DNA from: Azolla caroliniana
Taxonomy: Eukaryota; Plantae; Polypodiophyta
Reading direction: 5' to 3'
NCBI GenBank assembly: GCA_043228905.1
Contig: JBHGNT010000007.1
Span: 372,001-436,000, forward strand
DNA length: 64,000 nucleotides
Shown here: positions 61,641 through 64,000 of the stretch, in pieces
Numbering within the stretch: the stretch's first letter is position 1
Layout of the letters: each line of letters begins with the position of its first letter
Position numbers and translations under genes: made by a program
The notes under the pieces: generated by a model
Seen by the model: only the letters and a program-made list of their open reading frames with translations
Told to the model about the DNA's origin: nothing
Databases searched by the model: none

Positions 61641-62229
61641 CAAATGCATGCATTTTTGTTTGTTTGGGGGTTATGTAGATAGAGTCCTTATCACTTATAT
61701 ATGTAATAAAAGGTTAGCTATAAGGAACACAATGGTGGGAGAGGGGCATTCAGGTAAATAGCAAAAGATGAGGGACACTTATATATCATATAAAAGATGA
61801 GCAAAGGAGGGGGAGGTGGGCATAATTATGTTCCCAATGTCAACCCTTTGGAGACTTAGTCTGATGCATCAAGGTGTCAAATGATTCAGAGACAAAACAC
61901 CTAGCTCTCAACACACCAAAGTGTCAATCAAACAGTTCGAAGGAGATCGACCACCTAGCTTGACACATACCAAAGCATCGAATGTAAGCTTTCGGAGGAG
62001 TGGGTTCAATACATTGATGTGGGCATGAAGATGAGGAGAAAAATAAGTAACCATGTGACGAAAGACGCGTGAAAATAGAGATTCGAACCAACGACCTGGA
62101 ATTAATAATATGTAATGGAGTGAATATAGCTTATGGCACAAAGGTAGGCCCAATTTAAAAAAGTGAAGAGGGGCAGGGAGAGCTATTAATGTAAATAACA
62201 AAAAGTAGTGAAGGGGGGATCATATGCCA

Positions 62230-62278
62230 AGAGAGAGAGAGAGAGAGAGAAAAGAGAGAGGGCTTATCAATAATAATA

Positions 62279-62327
<49 letters not shown>

Positions 62328-62445
62328 CTTTATACTGTGTTTTTTTCCCTTTTCTTTTCCTTCTCTTTTGTTGTTCTGTTCTCTCCTTATCTTGTAACAA
62401 TATATATGTGTGTGTAATTGTCACCACTCCTCCCTCCCTCCCCCC

Positions 62446-62479
<34 letters not shown>
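62230..62479. repeat. (GA)n, (CT)n and (CA)n microsatellite cluster
   Basis: Seen directly. Confidence 0.9.
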
Positions 62480-63064
62480 ATTAGTTACTAATCTTTCTTT
62501 TAATCCTCTCCATACAATGTGATCAATCCAACCATCCATCCTTCTCAATCAGGTCTTGTGATCAAATCCCATCAATCCATTTGTAAGTCCTCTCTTTCGC
62601 TCTCTTTAATTGATTTCTCCTTCTCTTTTTTGTCTTCAATAATTTGCTTCATTTCAATTGCATACAGTAATAGATCTTCAAATGTGGAGCCTTTGAATTA
62701 TTTTCCCCTTTGATGTTTTTCCATCTGTTATTTTCCCCTGTTTCTTTTTTTGTTTTTCAGTTATTTCCTTATGAAAATTTTCCCCCATCCCACGCCAATG
62801 TTTAATAAATAGAGTAAAAATAAATCAAATAAAAACAGTTCAAACCGATTTCTATTTTGATTCATTATTTTAAACACACACAATTGTTATTATGTATACA
62901 GAAACGTGTATTAAACTGATAATAACAATAATTAACAGATAATGTATCAGTTCCTTTATAATAGAAAAAGTATCATTAGGTAATCCGAAGTCTAGCTCAA
63001 TCCATTTTAATGAATTCAGAATAATTTTTTTATCATAGCAGATTTGGGAAATTCTAGCATTATT

Positions 63065-63222
63065 TCTCCACCTGAATATTTCAAGCTCTTCATTAAATCT
63101 CCATCTGTATATTTCATGTATTCTCCTTCTTTATATTTCATGCTTTTCACGAATTCTCCACATATATATTTCAGGCTCTTTGTTGATTCTCCATCTGTAT
63201 ATTTCAAGCTCTTCATGAATTC
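63065..63222. repeat. 33-bp minisatellite, five units (one shortened to 24 bp)
   Basis: Consensus TCTCCATCTGTATATTTCAAGCTCTTCATGAAT. Confidence 0.9.
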
Positions 63223-63625
63223 ATCACACGCATTTCAAAGTCTTCTTTTCATTGATGATGCCATGGAAAAACAAATTGAGTGTAATTAATTAAGCAAAGA
63301 AATGAGAAGAAAGACATTAGAATGAAACAATGGGTTAGATATGTGATTTCAAGATAGGCTTTGGGGGATATTTTTGAGTATTAGTTTCAAGATAGTTTTA
63401 GGTCTATATCATTGGTGGACAATTTCCTAAATTATTGAAGATATATATATATATATATATATATCAAAGGTACACCACAATATGTATATATATATGATGT
63501 TTAATCATTGTTTATGTAATTAATTTCATTTATTACTTATTTGGCCAAAAGGGAAGAGAGAGGGATACTACACCATTGTTTGGAGGGTCAATACCAATCT
63601 TGAAAAGCAAAAAAGGCATTATATC

Positions 63626-64000
63626 ATGAAGGAAGAAAAAGATGAGGGTGAAGGTGAAGGTGAAGGTGCCATTGTAACTACCGACCCTCAAGAGGAAAAG
63701 AAGGACGATGATGCCTTCCCAACGATGATAAGGAAGAGAGGAAGGCCAAGGAAAGTGATCCAAGAGTCTCACCCCGTCCAACAACAACAACAACATATCG
63801 AGGAAACCAAAACTCCTCCTGCCTTGGAAATCGAAGGCAAAAGCAAAAAGCAAAAGGAATGCCGAATCAACCCGCTCCCTCCTCCTCCTGCCCCAGAAAG
63901 CAAAAGCAAAAAGGAAAAGCAGACCAACTCGACTCTACAAGAAGTCCTTCCTAACAAGTCGTCGTCGACATGTAAACAGACGCATGTTCTCCGAAGGGAA
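63626..64000 (+). CDS. AT-hook-motif protein, 5' part (runs off the window)
   Basis: Open frame of 125 codons from ATG 63626 to the window end, absent from the ORF track because it has no stop: MKEEKDEGEGEGEG...IRKRGRPRKVIQE...THVLRRE. KRGRPRK is a canonical AT-hook. The true start is uncertain. Confidence 0.7.
   Translation, partial: MKEEKDEGEGEGEGAIVTTDPQEEKKDDDAFPTMIRKRGRPRKVIQESHPVQQQQQHIEETKTPPALEIEGKSKKQKECRINPLPPPPAPESKSKKEKQTNSTLQEVLPNKSSSTCKQTHVLRRE

Overview
AT-rich, microsatellite-rich nuclear DNA from a land plant. The intron style and the PLS-type PPR with a clipped E domain look fern-like, but that assignment is inference. I assembled nine protein-coding genes by hand: a two-RRM UBP1/TIA-1-like protein (+), pTAC5 (+), a secreted non-catalytic pepsin-fold xylanase/xyloglucanase-inhibitor-like protein (+), an intronless PLS-E PPR (-), bifunctional aspartate kinase-homoserine dehydrogenase (-, 18 exons), CCT5/TCP-1 epsilon (-, with one GC-AG intron), a MacroD-type macrodomain protein (+), U1 snRNP 70K (-) and the 5' part of an AT-hook protein (+). 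Intergenic and intronic DNA holds decayed LINE and copia fragments, tRNA-derived SINEs, a hAT-type MITE and a three-level nested DNA-transposon complex. The most striking signal is in the U1-70K gene. Its 2.5-kb intron 6 is largely a diverged tandem array whose best-conserved motifs are 5'-splice-site (U1-binding) sequences, a candidate poison exon lies just upstream of the array, and seven more near-consensus donor sites cluster at and after the stop codon. Together these suggest a U1-snRNP-sensing autoregulatory module. No CRISPR, rRNA or intact tRNA was found. All exon models and folds were made by eye, without RNA data or database searches.
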